From Malacoraja senta (taxonomy: Eukaryota): DNA of 64,000 bases. Of the stretch, positions 24,261 to 37,519 are shown one piece after another. Under the pieces are notes generated by a model. That model ran no database searches and had not been told where the DNA came from. It was given only the letters and a program-made list of their open reading frames with translations. Every line of letters begins with the position of its first letter. Within the stretch, counting starts at the first letter, position 1. The position numbers and the translations under genes are program-made. The DNA lies in NCBI GenBank assembly GCA_038087875.1, contig CM075989.1, forward strand, positions 4,154,001 through 4,218,000, written 5' to 3'.

Positions 24261-27020
24261 GAGTGGAGGGACCAGAGTTTCGTTTTTCTTAAACAAATGT
24301 TGCTTAATGACTCGATTTTTCTTGGAATTGGTCCTGCAGTTGGCATGCCAGATTTGACCCAAATAACAGTCTCTTAGCTCTTTTGTGGTCTGAATTTCTG
24401 CTGAACCAGTTTGTGTAATGTTGTTTTGACGAGAGCAACATTATAGGGGAGTGATAGCAATCCAGCATTATAGTTTTTGGCAATCCAAAACGTTGGTACA
24501 ATTTCCCCATTTATTTTCTTGGTTCAGTTCGCACACGTTACATTTGGACGCTAACACATTTTATTGCTTTAGATCGTATTGGCTCTTTTTTTGACATCCG
24601 TGTAATTTTAGATTCCAAATAAAAATAAATCTATATGATATGATCAAAATTCATGTTGCAAGTTCATCATCAGACACAGTGCCATTAGAGTCTTTGTGGT
24701 CGATTCCATCCAAACATTGGTCTTCACAATTAAAAAAAGTATTGAATAAGAATATTCTTTATAAGAATAATCATAATAATTTTAATATCCTCCTGGTTCT
24801 GCTAAAACATTGCACCGAATAACATAAACAGTCAGAAAAAATCGGCCATTTAAAGCTACAATTCGTGTATCTAACCGATTATATTTTAGAATATTTAGCA
24901 CCTCACGTGGATTTTAAACATTATTAAATATTGTACTATTCTGTGTTCTTTTAGCATCATAATCAAAATTTTAAAAACTATTTAGGATTTATTTTTTTAA
25001 ATCACAGTGGAATCTTCTAATATGGAAAAGGTGAATGAAAGTCAATTGTACAACATAAAGCACAAAGTAAACATTTTTGGGTTAATACTTGATACTGGCA
25101 ATAGCAGGGGGATTGTTGTCTGTTTGCTAGAAATTACTTTCTATACACTGCAGCTGTAAGCATTGCGGACATTTGATTCATACAGCGCCTTATTTGATTT
25201 TGCAAAAACACATCATCATTGTTCGTTTTTATTTTACTTTAGAGGGAACTTCAATATGAATCTTGTTTCAAACGCTGCTCTGTTCGAAACCTCTGGTTGG
25301 TTGAGATGTACGAATTGTTTTTGGAGGTGTTAACTTTGAATGCATTAATTGTTTAAATTGAAGTATCGTGGATTAGGTGTTCGCTTCATCTAGGCTAACA
25401 CGTTGGTTTTACCATATGATCTCATGGAATTGCCTTTTTGTTCAGTGGGGCAATTTAGATTTTTTTTTACTTGGGTGGAACAAAGTTGTTTACACGACAG
25501 TTTCGATGTTTTAGGGGGGAAATGTAGCGACAGTGACTGCCTGATTGATAGCTATCAAATCACCCGATGTAATTTGGTCAGGTATTGAGATTGCAAAGTT
25601 TCTATGTGGTTAGTTATCAATTCCAGTGGGGAGTAAACCCACAATTTTAAGAATTTGAATTATTGTTCTGCTTCAAAAATGCTGAAAAATAAATCACTGT
25701 GTTTTTGAACTGTAAATAAAGAGGTCAGGCTGTATTCAATCTAGACAGAAATGACCCCACGACCATGGGGTTAGAATACACAGGAGGCATCTTTACTGGG
25801 ATATTCACCTATAGACATAGGGATATTCACCTATAGACATAGGATCCTTGCCTCGACCTAAGGCAACTGCATCAAAAAGTTCCTGATGTTTCGGTACAAA
25901 CCATTTCCACCTACCCCTATCATTAAAACAAATTCAAATCGGACAAATCTGTTTTGTTGAACCCAGCCTTGCGAAAAAGGACGTCTCAAACAATCCGAGG
26001 CAAACGATTTCGGATTTAGACATCGATGGGACAAATCAGTATAATCGGATTTGAACAGTGGGCGTCATGCACAGAATATATTAAAATATCTTTAGTAATT
26101 GTGGCAACCAGATGGAGTCTTTTCAAAAGAAAGCCCAGAATCATTTTGTTCAGATTTTTTCTTTCCTATAAAATGACCATCAAATATTGTTATTTGAGAG
26201 AATTCGTATATATTTCGTGGGAATAATTAAACTGATAACATTGAGGCGTTACCAGTCAAGGAGGGTATCACTCACACCAGGGAGTTTGTCTTTACGTATT
26301 TTAATTCAAGCACTTGTTTTCGAAATCCTTAACTCAAAACAGAAAACTTATTTTTGCAATACTCCTCAAAATCCTGATTTGAAGGCAGGAGTAGAAAAGC
26401 CCATTTTTTGAATAAAATGTTGGGTTCTCTGATGGAATAATGGATAAAGTGCTCAAAGACCTTGTGCCTTGTAGGGCCTGTAGTGTGATGGAGGTGGGTG
26501 GTGGGGACAGGACTACGCGATGTTGCTATCTGTCTTCCTCCAAATTAAACTGAGCGCAAACAAATCATTTAGCTGCACTAAATTTAAAATGCATTAATTA
26601 TTTTAATTCCCATTGTGAATGTTGTGGCATTTCCATGATTTAAGTTTAAACGAAGGCACGCGAAAATGTAATGGAGCGCAGGAGTGACATACATTGCTCC
26701 ATGTTTACACCTGGGTGTGTGTATATCTTTTTCTGACCGTAGGATTTCCTATGATAAAGGAATCTAGAATCCCAATCACCAAATTAAACCGAGGCGTTCC
26801 TTTAGATTAAATCAGATGCTCAAATGTGCTAAATAGCGATTTAAGACAATGCTGGCAAATGAAAGAATATCTTTCACTCGTTTCCCTGTACATTAAAACA
26901 CAAAAGGCGCTTTGTCTGCCCAACTAGTTCATTGGATATCAATGCAACGTTTACATACATCTCTTGTGGAAAAATCCCTATTGAAAATATAGTTACTTAT
27001 GTATTGACAATCGATCAAAT

Positions 27021-27248
27021 ATTATGTTTCAGAAGTTAAATCTGTGTATGCATATATAAAAATGAAACTGTTATTGTGTATCTCTCTCTATATATAACAT
27101 ATATAAATATATATATTATATAAATAATGAAATGTAGAATAGCTGTTTCGTTTTTTATATGTGCACACACAGATTTAACTTTTGAAATATAATACTATAT
27201 ATATATATGTATATAGTATATTCCAAAAGTTAAATCATATATATCATT

Positions 27249-27287
<39 letters not shown>

Positions 27288-27300
27288 TATATATATCAAA
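27021..27300. repeat. Nested AT-rich imperfect palindromes
   Basis: Arms 27021-27075 / 27138-27193; a second hairpin at 27172-27236; a third, TTTG(AT)n..CAAA, at 27247-27300. Confidence 0.8.
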
Positions 27301-29070
27301 TATCCATTTGATTTCGAAGTAGCAATTTGATTATCGTCATTCTACACACGCTTCAGAATTACAGAAACCCCTCCTACTTTTCCAATGTTGCCTTAGTACT
27401 GAATCTTAAAGTGTCCAAGAACGGGTTCACCCTGGTTAAGACCGGGACGAGAGATAAAGTTAAGAAAGGCTATGACGCAAACTGGATGGTAGTTGCTGTT
27501 AATCCCTCGCCTGTATTTACACGATTTGACGTTTTGGTGTCGTCAAGACTTGAAATAAAACAAAAATTAAGCGATCTCAATCACTCTATCACTAATCCTG
27601 GGTTAACCTCAACCATCTAATATTGGGCAACATATTATTAACATGTGAATGTATTTATCTTCTGTAACTAAAATACTGTACATTTGTGGCCTTCTTCGAA
27701 TTATTATTCCATCAGTAAAAATTCCCGCTTCCATCTCTATACGTCATTTAAACTTCAAAACAGCGCACAAGAATACCTAATTCTCACGTGAATTAATTTT
27801 GAAACAATAACATCTGAATCAGATCTGTCTGAATGCGGAAAATAAAAATATATTTTTCACACAATATTGTGCAGTTTTGATGCAATATTCCCATGTTATA
27901 CCCATGTTAGTGATAGTTTCCATATGATGATTGAAACTAGGGATTGTTGGCATGGGCAGAAAATACTGGATAAACCGGGGACAGTGTGTTTGGCTTTTTT
28001 TTAAACTAAAATGTCATATAGCTTATGATTATTACTAAGATGAAACATAGAAATACGCAAATGAGGTGGAATTGAAGGCATTCGATTTTGTTTCCGTTTC
28101 CCCCTTAAATTGTGGCCGATGTTGAACAAACAAACCGGGTTCACTTTGTGAAAGAAATGTACGCTAATTGCCCAGGTTGAAAACGAGTGCCGAGTACATG
28201 GATTTAGACTGTAGTTTGACGATTTTTATTTTTTGAGTAAGCTTTTTTTTTACAGGCGAGCTTTGAGGATTCTGCAGGGAATTCAAGCCTGCTGCTCAAT
28301 AGTTGCAAACCGTGTATAACGAGCCTGTTCATTTCTCCAGTAAAGTCCATTCGCAAACCCCATCCTGACATTTAGTGCCGCCATAGCGGGAAGCGGTGGG
28401 AAGCAATGAAATAAACGGCGGAGATTCGCAGGGAACTTTCATTGTATGGATTATGAAATGTGCGAATAAGTCGTATTTGCAGCAATTAAATAAAAATATA
28501 TTAAAAAAATGGGGAAAAATACAACAATCCAGCTTGATTATAATTCAGCAGCAGTTTGAACCCCAAACCGAAACAATTCACCTACTTCAATTCTCAGTGT
28601 GTCAAGTAACTATTGTTCCGAGTCAGATGTGCTAAATATTTTTTTTGGACGGATCAGCTAATAAATAGTGAAAAAAATGATTGTGTCAATGGCTGGATTT
28701 AGAGAAAGGATTTCATTTAATATTTAATGGAGGTTTGGATTTAATTTGAAATCTCCCACCACTGGTCCCAGATTCACGATTGGCTTGGAATATATTCCTA
28801 ATATTGCAAATTGTGGATTTCCTCATGGCAGCCTCACTTGCCACGTTTTGCTCCAATTGGGGGAATCATTTTAATCGGATATCCCTTTCGCTCAGAGGGT
28901 TAAGACACTGAATCGTGACAGATGCAATCTGAATAAAGAGGTGATTTCTGAAACCGAAAAGGCGGGAATTTTTCGTGATTTGAATAAAGCCGGTAGAAAG
29001 CAGGGATAGGCTGCCGATGTGGTTTCGTCAGCAACGAAAGACCAATTAGCATGTGAATAGCAGTGGATCT

Positions 29071-29196
29071 TGTGCGTGGGTGTGTGTCTGTCAGTGTATG
29101 CGTGTCTGTGTGTGTGTGTGTGTGTCTGTGCCTGTGTGTGTATTTATCTGTGTGTGTGTGTCCATATGACAGTGTTTGTGTCTCTGTGTGTATGTG

Positions 29197-29290
<94 letters not shown>
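29071..29290. repeat. (TG)-rich tract followed by perfect (GA)n
   Basis: Direct reading; GA run ~29200-29290. Confidence 0.97.
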
Positions 29291-29294
<4 letters not shown>

Positions 29295-29527
29295 TGGTTG
29301 TGGGAGAGTCAGGTCAGATCACGAATTGAATGCAAACCTGCTCAGCGAGTCCCGCTCAGAACCTGCAGACATGCTCGCAAAGGGAAATGTGCGAGAAGCC
29401 GCCACTAGCTCGCTGCTGATATTTTCTCTTCCTTCTTTGATGACAGATGGGGGAAAGGAGAAAAAAAATCCACATCTTCTTGACCTCTCTCGCACCGCTC
29501 GAGACGCGGGGCGGAAGTTGGCTGCTG

Positions 29528-29550
29528 TCTTTGGTTATCTAGCTGTATGA
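29528..29550 (+). ncRNA. miR-9-5p: mature miR-9-5p
   Basis: Exact TCTTTGGTTATCTAGCTGTATGA. Confidence 0.99.
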
Positions 29551-29566
29551 GTATAACTGATCTATC

Positions 29567-29588
29567 ATAAAGCTAGATAACCGAAAGT
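29567..29588 (+). ncRNA. miR-9-3p: mature miR-9-3p (miR-9*)
   Basis: Exact ATAAAGCTAGATAACCGAAAGT. Confidence 0.99.
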
Positions 29589-31723
29589 AGAATCCACTTC
29601 CACAGCTTCAGGGAGAGGAAGAGCGGACAAACGACGAGCAGAAACGCCAAGAATCAGAAAAGAAAACTCGCGGTCACTCACAGACATCAGATCGACTGGA
29701 GACAATACGACCATCACAGGCCGCCAAACGACGTGAGTAATGTCCCTTTCTATCAAATGAACAAATCTTCCTTTAAAAGTCCCCCCATTCCGGGGATTTA
29801 TTGTTGATTTTTTGTAACGCTAATTATCATGCGACTTGAACTCATTTTTGAAGCGGAACAGAATAGACAGTAGGGACAGCCGAGTTTACGCAGAATAAAA
29901 TGTTGAAACGCTTTTCTTCCCTTTTATCTCATTACATCAAGAGAGCACGCTGCCTAGACGTCTTAAAATCTGTTGTGCAAATCTCAGGGCTGTGGGCGAT
30001 GGTTTAACGCGAAGTACAGCCATTTGCCTTAAATAGATTAAGCATTCCTTTATTAGATCACACTCACAAACCCAACCGGCGCGGAATGTGCAGGCTGATT
30101 AGCATTCCAGACTTTGAGATTGGGCTTTAGTCTGGCCCCTTTAAGAGGTCAAGTTCTCGATAATTCGGTCACTTTTTCAGGCAGCTGCCTACTGTTGGTC
30201 TCTAGGTATCTAGGAACGGTGAAGTGGAGCAGAAATAACAACAACTTTCTTCGTCTTCTTTATTTTGGCGTGGAAAGAGGCGGGGGCTGTCAAGGGGGCT
30301 TTGGTTCCCATTTCCAAACGCAGGCAGACCAGATCGGGAGCTCTCCATTCAAACGGCACAGTGACATGGTCCTGAATTCTAATGAGGTGTCCACTTTGCG
30401 ACCAGTCCTCGCTCTGTCTGTCTCACTTTCGCCTTATTTTCCCTACCCAACCCCCCCGCCCCGAAACCCACCACCTCCAAATACCTCCTGATGTATAGCG
30501 ACTCCATTTCACCACCCCCCCCTCCGTCCCATTACAGAAAAACAGATTGGCACTTGGAACTAACTACATACAAATACATCTGATAATTTCCTATTCTTAC
30601 TTTAAATTAAAATGGTAAAGTTTTGTAAATTAATTTTTAAAATCTAGTTATAAACCCCTTCTTGGATTATAACGCCAGTCATACGATCTTAAAATTATAA
30701 ACTATTTTAAATAAAAATATAATTAAAATAAGAATTTACTCAGTGAAATACCAAGAGTGGGTCCAAAGCACTTTCCCCCTTAAAGATCAAATGCCACCAT
30801 GTCGTGAAATTATTTCACGGTGTTTGTACTGAAGAGATAATATATACCCGAGTTGAAATGGAAATAGATTTGCCACCAAGTTACATTTTACGGAGATTTG
30901 ACGTTGTGGAAATGTATAGTTGTTCACAGGGTGGTGTGAAGCGCCTTTACTCGCGCATTTGGCCCCGGAGGTTGAACCTCAATCTTGACACAAGGCGAGA
31001 CTCTGGGCCCATTTGCCCCGGTGTTGGCGAGACGCCGAGATGTCACCCACTCAACTCAGTCATTACCCAACCATTCCACCTCCGCTGGTCGAAACAACAA
31101 TGACTTTAACTCTTGCAAATTTTCACTCTCTGCTCGCCTGATGGTATCACCCCTTGTTCTTTCCCCGGATAACACTAATTAAATTTTAACAATTTAAAAT
31201 TCCAGTTTCCACGTGTACTTATAAATAAACAGACCATTATGAGGCACAATGGCAATAGCCAGAAGCACACACGTCGCATTTATGGTTCTGAAAATTTCTC
31301 AGGAGGGGAAAACGAGTCTCTCCGCTGTGGGACTAGGGACCCTGGTAAAGGTTTCACATGGGCCAATGCATGGAAGCGCACTAAATATTCACTTGGTTTC
31401 CAACCTCGATCAGGACTCACCGCTCCTCTCAAACAAACCCCCCAGATTCAACGATCTATACGTCTTCCCATCCATTTATTCCCACGTTGTTGGATAGGTA
31501 TAGAGGCTTTCTTGAGGATTATCGTGCTTTGAGGCAAGGACGTTAGTTGTATGACCAGCATTCCCAGGAACACCGCCCCGACACATCTTGAAACTCTCTA
31601 TCGCACAGGTTGGCAGTGTGATTGTTCACCCACCTGGGTAGATGCCGAGAGCGCTTTTACGATTTTCTCTTCAAAGGACAGCTATTTATTTCCAGGCAGG
31701 GGTATGTTTCATTATTCGGATGT

Positions 31724-31930
31724 GTAGGAAGCAACTGTAGATGCAGATGCTGGTTTACACCGAAGATAGACACAACATGCTGGAGTAACTCAGCGAGACA
31801 GGCAGCATCTCTGGAGAGACGGAACGGGGGACGTTTCGGGTCGAGAAGAAGGGTCTCGACCCGAAACGTCACCCACTCCTCTCCTGAGATACTGGCTGAC
31901 CCGCTGAGTTTACTCCAGCATTTTGTGTCC
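31724..31930. mobile_element. Palindromic Penelope-like repeat pair; right boundary of the TE-poor domain
   Basis: GACGTTTCGGGTCGAGA-AGAAGGG-TCTCGACCCGAAACGTC inverted centre. Confidence 0.75.
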
Positions 31931-32179
31931 ATGTTTAATTATTCGGGTAGCTTGTACGCTTAAAATGACCAAGATATGACCATAATGACATCTGGTTGTC
32001 GGACTTACAACAACTGAAGATTTGACCTATGGTCCGCCCTCATGAAATGTTGTTACTATAATATACAATTGACACTGGGTCTGGAACGAAATTACGTTTG
32101 AGATCAACATTTTCAAAATCTAATGCTGAATTTGGGTTAATGTTTGGGACATGAAACGGGGGTGCAAGTGTTTGCAAAG

Positions 32180-32345
32180 AGTTAAATTTAGCTCTTAAGG
32201 CTAAGGGAATCAAAGGACATGGGGGGGGGGGGGGAAGCCGGAACGGGGTACTGATTTTGGATGAACAGCCATGATCATATTGAATGGCGGTGGTGGCTCA
32301 AAGGGCCGAATGGCCTATTCCTGCACCTATTTTCCATGTTTCTGT
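32180..32345 (+). mobile_element. CR1 LINE 3' end
   Basis: CAGCCATGATCATATTGAATGGCGGTG...GGGCCGAATGGCCTATTCCTGCACCTATTTTC. Confidence 0.8.
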
Positions 32346-32910
32346 TATTCTCTCGGCTACGTTTGAACTTGAACGTAGATGGAGTTTATACACTGAATTG
32401 GATGTTCGTTTGAGTATCGGGTGAAACAAGAGTCACGTTAGGCTTGCGCCGAGAGTGCTTATTCACCAAGGATCGATCTGCCCTGTACTAAATTGGATTC
32501 CATTTATATAGGGGTAAATGTGACATTTTAGCAGACCTGTCAGTACAAATTGGCTCTGTGTGTATTCGCGACATTATGTCATGTTTCCATTGTAAGTTTA
32601 TGATCAATTCCGTCCTCCACGAACCTCCCTCCAGTTTCGCGTAGATGTCACTGTGAAACTTGGATGTGGAATGTTTCAGATGTTGACAAAACTCTTGCAT
32701 TAAACATGTTAGACATTGCCTGGCATCTTTTTTACAGTGCTTTAGATCTGCACAGTAACAACTCTGCGATAAAGCCGAAAATGCTTTATTGGGGGTGGGG
32801 GCTGTTGGGAATAGAAGGTGTATTCATTGTATGGCACTGCACCATACAGACTGGGAGGTCTAGTGCTGAAATGAAAGCAAAGCAAGCTAGAAATGCTCAG
32901 CAGTTCAGAT

Positions 32911-33004
32911 TGTCTGAGGAGGGGTTTCGGCCCGAAACGTTACCTATTTCCTTCGCTCCATAGATGCTGCTGCACCCGCTGAGTTTCTCCAGCATTTTTG
33001 TGTA
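32911..33004 (+). mobile_element. Penelope-like terminal repeat with intact hammerhead-like core
   Basis: CTGAGGA-G-GGGT-TTCG-GCCC-GAAACGTT. Confidence 0.7.
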
Positions 33005-33092
33005 GTTCAGATTGTATCTTTGGTCAGAGAAGCAAAGCTAACTCTTCAGGTCTTATGGCATTTCATCAGATAAACTACCTGAACTAACTAAT

Positions 33093-33982
33093 AGAGTCAT
33101 CGAGTCTTACAGCATGGAAACAGTCCCTTCTGTGCAACTTGCCCATCTACACTAGCCCCAACTGCCTGCATTTGCTCCATCGCCTTCTAAATTTGTCCAT
33201 CCATGTACCTTTATAAATGTTTCTTAAACATTACGATAGTACCTGCACCAATTGCATCCTCCGGTAGCTCATTCCATACACTCGCCATCCTTTGTGTGAA
33301 AAAGCTGCCCCTCAGGGTCCTATTAAACCCCTCACCTTAAACCTATGTCTTCTGGTTCTTGAATCTGAATGTGGAATGTGGTAACTGGTTTTATAAAGAT
33401 CCTACTCATAGGGGGCAGCATTATAGTCAGATGATGAGGGGGATGTTTTACAGCAGGCCTAACACTTTAAATAAAGGAGGAAAGAAATGAACCAACATTT
33501 AAAAAGAGTACTGAAGGGAATCGTGAAGTTAGAGTCATAGATTCATGCAGCAAGGAAACAGACCCAACTTGACAATGCTGACCAAAATGCCCCATCTAAG
33601 CTAGTCCCATTTGCCCATGTTTGGCCCATATCCCTCTTAACCTTTCCTATCCATGTATCTGCCCAAGTTTCCTTTAAATACCATTACAGTCCATGCCTCA
33701 AATCTTCTGGCAGCTCGTTCCATATACCCACCACCATCTGAGTGAGAAAATTGCCCCTCAGTTTCCTATTAAATTTTAACCTTGACCTAGTTCTCGATTC
33801 CCCTGAAGTTGGATTTAAACAACATTTAAAGGTACAATAGTCATAGTGTCTCACTCCATCCTGACTCTCAGTCTGAAGAAATCCGAACATCACCTAGTAC
33901 TTTTCTCCAGAGACGCTGCCTAACCCGCTGAGTCACTCCAGCATTTTGTGTCTATCTTCGGTGCATCTGCAGTTCCTTCCTC
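33093..33982 (-). mobile_element. Two CR1 3' fragments (33093-33360, 33530-33810) and a degenerate plus-strand Penelope-like repeat (33860-33982)
   Basis: The minus-strand ORF shows LRGNFLTQMVVGIWNELPE, a CR1 ORF2 C-terminal motif. Confidence 0.7.
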
Positions 33983-34734
33983 CATAATATTCATACTAGA
34001 CTGTTTGATCTGATAAGGAAAACACCGAGTTATAATATTTTTAATGAGCTGTACCAACCAAGATGGTTTCTTTCCTTTCATTGTTGGCAGAGCTGCAGGC
34101 ATTGCATGTGTCCACAGTTTTTCCACTTCACTCTTCATCTGCTGCTGTGCTTTTAGTCAAATAAGCAATTCCTAGAAATGTATTTTTTGCCGCGAGTAGG
34201 GTGTTTTTAGTCCAAGTACTACTTGAAATGAATTGCTGGAACAAAAGATGGATTCACTGATTAATTGTGGTTGGATTTTTGGGAAGATGGAGGGTTCTGA
34301 GATTGTGCAAGATGCCTTCAAAATGGTGCTGAAATATAAAAATGGTTTAGTTAATTTAAACTATATATGATTGCACTGAACTGCTGTCACAATTGCACAG
34401 GTATAAAATTGTCTACTCTCTCTCTGCCTGTCTGCAGAGTTTTACTTCTTAATTTTGTTTTATAATAAGTAGAAAATGCTTTGATTTTATTTTACTGAAT
34501 TCCAATTATTTCCATTTTATAATAGGGTTTATTTTGTTAATGTTGCCAATGAATATATGTAAAAAGTATTCACTACTTCAACTGGCTTTTGACATAAGAT
34601 AGCACTGCTCAGATTAAAACATGATGTGATGTATAACCATAAGGATAGCAGGGATCTTCGAACAACAAAGAAGACTACTGCAAAATTTTGCAGATCGTGT
34701 AGTGTCTGTGGGGTCATCAGTAAGTTATCAGTTA

Positions 34735-35220
34735 GGGTGTCAAGGGTTATGGGGAGAAGGCAGGAGAATGGGGTTGAGAGGGAAAGATAGTTAGGTTAAT
34801 AAGTTCATAAGATATAGGAGCAGAATTAGGTCATTCGGCCCATCAAATTTACTCCGCAATTCACTCATGGCTGATCTATCTTTCCCTCTCAACCCCATTC
34901 TCCTGCCGTCCCCCCATAATGCATGACACCCATACCAATCAAGAATCTATCAATCTCCGCCTTAAAAATATTCATTGACTTGGCCTCCACAGCCTTCCGT
35001 AGCAATAAATTCCACAGATTCACCACCTTCTGACTAAAGACATTCCTCCTCATCTCCTTCCTAAAGGCTCACCCTTTTATCCTGAGGCTATGGCCTCTGG
35101 TCATGAACTCTCCCTCTAGTGAAAACATCCTCTCCACGTCCACTCTATCCAAATCAGCTATGACTGAATGCTGGCATCGTCTCAAATGGTTGAATGACCT
35201 ACCTCTTCTCCTCTGACTTA
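34735..35220. mobile_element. CR1 fragment (minus, ~34800-35150) nested in a plus-strand CR1 3' end
   Basis: LDRVDVERMFSLEGEFMTRGHSLRIKG on the minus strand; flanks GGTTATGGGGAGAAGGCAGG...|TCAGCTATGACTGAATG join up. Confidence 0.75.
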
Positions 35221-36013
35221 TGTACATGAACTTATCCCAGGTCCATAACTTGACATCAAAGCACTTTAATCTTTTCACTTGGTCTGTAATGGTCAGTGTT
35301 GACAATATACTTGTCATCAAAATGCATCTTGGATAATGTAAGAGAAAAACTAATTGAAACAGGAGTTGTCCAGTTCACTTTTTTAGTCCACGTAGGGATT
35401 TTCCAAGATTTTAGTTAAAACTACACCTGAAATCTACTTGCATCTTGATCAACAAATCCATTGATTCACTGGTGTCCAAAAATCCATTTGATAATATTTT
35501 GAATATACTTATTAAATGGGCATCCACATCACCAAGGTTAGAGAATTCCAAATATAAAGACTATTGTCTTTTTTTGCATCCTTAAATCATTTTCTTTTAC
35601 ATTTCAATATTTCCTGCCATGACTGACACTTTGTGCTTCATGACAGTATGTTGTTCTCTTATCAATGAGTTGAATTAATTCACATGTCGGAAATTAATCT
35701 ATGGGATAGAGAAAAAATGTAACCATCGTAAACAAGGTAATAGCTCTTCATCTTAGCTCCAAACTTTGAACATACAAAGGTATTGCAATTGGGGTCCTGG
35801 TGAATATGTGCATGCATTGGAAGAAGCGATACAAACTCTCTAGCCCTCAACATGCTAATTCATTTATCTTATATTGGGGGTGTTGTCACCAAAGGGCTCC
35901 AAGAATGGAGATCTTACCTGACCTTTACCTTGTCTTTTGCCCTTTCCAAAGTGGGATTGAAACTAATTGTTATATTATGGTTTCTACCCAGCTAAGATCA
36001 GCTCCCTCATAGT

Positions 36014-36246
36014 AGAGGAAGGAACTGCAGATGCTGGTTTGCACCGGATAGACACAAAATGCTGCAGTAACTCAGCGGGACAGGAAACATCTTTGTGGAG
36101 GAGGAATGGGTGATGTTTCGGATCGAGACCCTTCTTCACACTGCTCAGTCCGAAGAAGGGTCTCGAACTGGAACATCACCCTTTCCTTCTCTCCAGAGCT
36201 GTTACCTGCCCCGCTGCGTTACTCCAGCATTTTGTGTCTATCTTCC
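36014..36246. mobile_element. Palindromic Penelope-like repeat pair
   Basis: Minus copy 36014-36140 followed by plus copy 36146-36246. Confidence 0.75.
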
Positions 36247-36599
36247 CCCAGTGTAGACCTGGATGGAATCAAACACTTCTGTTGTTAGCGATTTGTTAAC
36301 ACACCATCTAGATCCATTGTCCAATATAACACCCATGCTGCTTTCATTTCTGGCCTGTAAAAAACATATATATTAGAATGCTGTTTTCTATTTTGAAATA
36401 TTGCACTGTCCCTATGCCATTTCCCCAGGGAAATATTGTGTTGAAATTAGTGAGTCATCCTCACCTCTGAGGACATGTTGAATGATACTGTTCCTCTTTG
36501 AGATTCAGATGAGCTGAATCAATTCACATGTTGGAAATTAATCCGAGAGATATAGGAACAATTTAACCACCGTAAACAAAGTAATAAGCCTTTATCTTA

Positions 36600-36895
36600 G
36601 AACATAGAAAATTACAGCACAGTTACAGGCGCAGTCCATGCTGAATATGATGGCAAATTAAGGCAATGGCCTGCACGTGATCCACATCCCTCCATTCCCC
36701 ATATATCCCTGTGCATATCTGAAAGATAAGAAGAAGGGACTTGACCTGAAACATCACCCATTCCTTCTCTCCAGAGATGCTGCCTGAGTTACTGGGTTAC
36801 TCCAGCTGTTTGTGTCTATCTTCAGTTTAAACCAGCATCTGCAGTTCCTTGCTACACTATGCATATCTAAAAGCCTCTTGAATGGCCACTATCAA
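36600..36895. mobile_element. CR1 3' end (minus) interrupted by a plus-strand Penelope-like repeat (36729-36857)
   Basis: TGCATATCT(G/A)AAAG is repeated on both sides of the insert (TSD-like). Confidence 0.65.
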
Positions 36896-37519
36896 TTGGG
36901 GCAGTGTAAGGGGCAATATTGTCAATGAAGTTCAGCAAACAACAACAAAATAACCAAGCAAAATATCTACCCTTTATGTGTTTCTTGTGAACTGTCTTGC
37001 TTTGTGATACTACAGCAAGCGGAATACTAATGGGACAATTGGCGAGGGGACTGAATCCTGGGAGATGGGGATATGCACATTCCAAATACATTTGGGATGG
37101 TGTGAATTCCAGCACCAAGTCTGAACATGTCTTGGATTCACTTAGCTTGGTGTGGCTGGATAAATTAATTTTCCATGTTATATGTGGATGAGCATTGAGC
37201 TTACGAGCTAGGGTAGGGCTTGTGGAGCTGTGTGTGGACACTGACGTTTATTGTTCTCCCAGCTGATCTCAATTCCGACAAAGGGCATTGGGGAAAACAA
37301 AGGGTTTGAAGAGATTCCTGCAAATTTAGAATTGTTGATGTCTGTAGCCTCGCACAATATTGACAAGCTGACGCTTGCTGCCGTTTGCCACATGACTCTG
37401 AAAGTTGTGAGACCAAATTCCATTCATGGACATAACTGCGCAACCAAGTTTGATATCTACTAAAGTAGTGCTACAGTGGGAGCAATTTTTTTCCATTTAA
37501 GGTTAACAGAATCAAAGGG

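Larger units (their letters stand above)
29513..29601 (+). ncRNA. mir-9: microRNA-9 precursor hairpin
   Basis: Both canonical arms are present and pair. 16-nt loop GTATAACTGATCTATC; lower stem GGAAGTTGG/CCACTTCC; CNNC motifs (CAGC, CTTC) at 29603-29609. Paralogue number not assignable by eye. Confidence 0.99.
29447..29732 (+). ncRNA. Candidate non-coding exon of the miR-9 host lncRNA
   Basis: Branch-like CTGAT, pyrimidine tract TTTTCTCTTCCTTCTTT, acceptor ACAG| ending at 29446; donor |GTGAGT at 29733. Confidence 0.4.

Noticed and set aside
25798..25841. Perfect 22-bp tandem duplication GGGATATTCACCTATAGACATA
   Set aside because: Simple recent slippage duplication; nothing suggests function.
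36867..37463. Cluster of 60-124 aa ORFs in unique sequence (similarly 46193-46456 and 61277-61594)
   Set aside because: No recognisable protein motifs or coherent exon chain; more likely non-coding.
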